39,371 bases of DNA from Proteromonas lacertae. Taxonomy: Eukaryota. Below are positions 37,789 to 39,371 of this stretch, piece by piece. The translations under genes were made by a program, and so were the position numbers. Position 1 is the first letter of the stretch; each line of letters starts with the position of its first letter. The stretch covers positions 62,001 to 101,371 of the forward strand of contig NGBS01000891.1 of NCBI GenBank assembly GCA_002245135.1. The letters are read 5' to 3'. The notes beneath the pieces were generated by a model that searched no databases, was not told the DNA's origin, and was given only the letters and a program-made list of their open reading frames with translations.

Positions 37789-39060
37789 CTGGGTTGGGCA
37801 GGCGCAGGGACGGAATGGCACAAGAACAGCACAGGAACAGCACAAATCACGAAAGTGACGTGTTTTTCCGAACTAAAAAAGATAATATGATTTTCATTAA
37901 TTTATTTTTTATATTTCAGAAAAGTAAATAAGTCAGAAGTTTTGAAATAAATTATAAACATCATAAGAAATAATAATTCGATTATTATATAATAATATTT
38001 TAAGAGTAAGGACTATTTCAACTTCAGACTCTTCTCCTTCACTTAATTCACTCTCTTCACTAAAATTATCTAATATATATTTTATAATTGTATTACTTTT
38101 TTCTTCACCAAGACTGTTTTGTATTTGTAGAAACTGAAATACCAATATCATTTCTTAATTCACATGAACCATAACATCTTTTATAATTTTTTTTACTTGC
38201 TCTTTTTCAGATGACATATTAAGTAATTCCTCTTTAATTATCTTAATTATTAAATAACCATCATTCAAATTTGCATCATCTCTGCTTGTATATTCGAGGA
38301 AAAATAAGTAGTAATTTTTTCAATTTCTTCAACTTCTGTAATATGTTTATCATCAATTAATTCTTTATTCTTTCGAATTTCTTTATTCTTTATTATGGAA
38401 TTCTTTATTCTCCATCTTCTGGAGATACCCTTTCTTATTCTAGGAATATTTTCATCTTTAAAACTTATTTTTAATACTTCTACAATTGTTTAGTTGGTAT
38501 TGTATATTATTGCAATAATCAAGAATACTTTTATATTTTTCTATCTCAAGTATTCTTTTTTACTTACAATATTAAAAATATGTGCTAAATATGCTTCGTT
38601 TTTGTTTCTACTAGTTGTGGCCAGCTTTCTCATCGTAGGACTATTATCTGATACTATACTATAAACTTTGCTAATGAAATTCCATATTTAGATAATGTTC
38701 TTTGTATAACATTTACTAGATTTTCTGCAATTTCGCTTTCATCCATAATAACACTTTCTAAAAAACACTAAATTTTTCTGTTTTATTATTAAATTTACTA
38801 CATCTTAATAATTGGTGTTTTTTCACCCATCTATTAACAATGACACCTTATAATCTTTAAATATCCAACTCTAACTAACTTTACACCTTCAGAGTTAATC
38901 AAATCTTTAACTATATTTTACTGATGGAATTCTGAAGTTGTTTGAATATTAAAAAATGCAGCTTGATTAAAACAAGCCCTAAATGATTTTAGATTTTGAA
39001 TATTGAGTAGGAAAATTTGTTTTTAGAGCATAATTTTATCAAAGAAAATCGATACATTAG
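37789..39060 (-). mobile_element. Decayed hAT-superfamily DNA transposon: transposase pseudogene plus a probable terminus
   Basis: Minus-strand translation across frameshifts and stops gives VSLLIDG*KNT (DxW, TGG->TGA, ~38825-38845), FLESVIMDESEIAENLVNVIQRTLSKYGIS, KVYSIVSDNSPTMRK (second catalytic D, ~38630-38670), YLAHIFNIV (CxxH-like) and GISRRW (the RW motif). A GC-rich end with 11-nt repeats lies at 37789-37844. Confidence 0.75.
37812..37844 (+). repeat. Three tandem 11-nt repeats (GGAATGGCACA/AGAACAGCACA/GGAACAGCACA); probable subterminal repeats
   Basis: Read directly from the sequence; an inverted 12-nt copy (TTCCTGTGCTGT) is at 37367-37378. Confidence 0.7.
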
Positions 39061-39371
39061 AGTTACTAACTAAATAATTTAACTTGAGAATAAGTAATTA
39101 TGAAAATTGATAAATAAGCATACTATTGAAACTAAAAATAGTAGTAAATAGTTCAATGTTATCAGGATATATAAATATAATAATTAAAATGAAATATAAG
39201 ATATATTTTTTCAATTGTAAAGAAGAACACCGATATAGTGTGTTATATTTGAGCATTTGCTTATTGAATGATATTATTAACTAATAGCAACAAAAAATCA
39301 ACAACTTAAAACAAAAAATATAGGGACAAAAAAACATAAATTATACCGTGCTTTATGAAATGGACGCATAG

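Noticed and set aside
37812..37844. CRISPR-like or telomeric interpretation of the 11-nt repeats
   Set aside because: Only three short degenerate units with no spacers, in a eukaryotic context next to a hAT remnant.
1..39371. tRNA, rRNA or other structured RNA genes
   Set aside because: I recognised no cloverleaf or conserved RNA motifs by eye. Small snoRNA-type genes cannot be excluded without a covariance-model search.

Overview
This is very AT-rich, gene-dense eukaryotic (protist-type) genomic DNA, not prokaryotic. It uses the standard genetic code and has many tiny GT(A)...AG spliceosomal introns, mostly 26-46 nt. The ORF track therefore fragments the real genes, and I rebuilt the models by hand by joining ORFs across introns. 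From left to right the genes are: a giant calpain-7/PalB-like protease with about 8 domain-III repeats, running off the left edge; a divergent P/Q-rich, possibly Vta1-like gene; a catalytically dead ENO4-like enolase with an RIIa/Dpy-30-like N-terminus; a twin-CX9C protein; POMP/Ump1; a PAF-acetylhydrolase-like hydrolase with an apparent His->Asn change; and a CCDC6-like coiled-coil protein. Next comes the standout, a ~3,861-aa class C (GABA-B-like) 7TM receptor whose ectodomain is NINE tandem UrtA/AmiC-like periplasmic-binding (Venus flytrap) domains. It is followed by a disrupted Crinkler/RHS-like gene (2x SPRY-like + 2x P-loop NTPase), a multi-IQ protein, a LamG + cadherin-like type I membrane protein, and a decayed hAT transposon. 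Intron size and AT content suggest a Blastocystis/Proteromonas-like stramenopile, and ENO4 suggests a flagellated one; this is inference only. All family calls come from motif recognition by eye, with no database searches.
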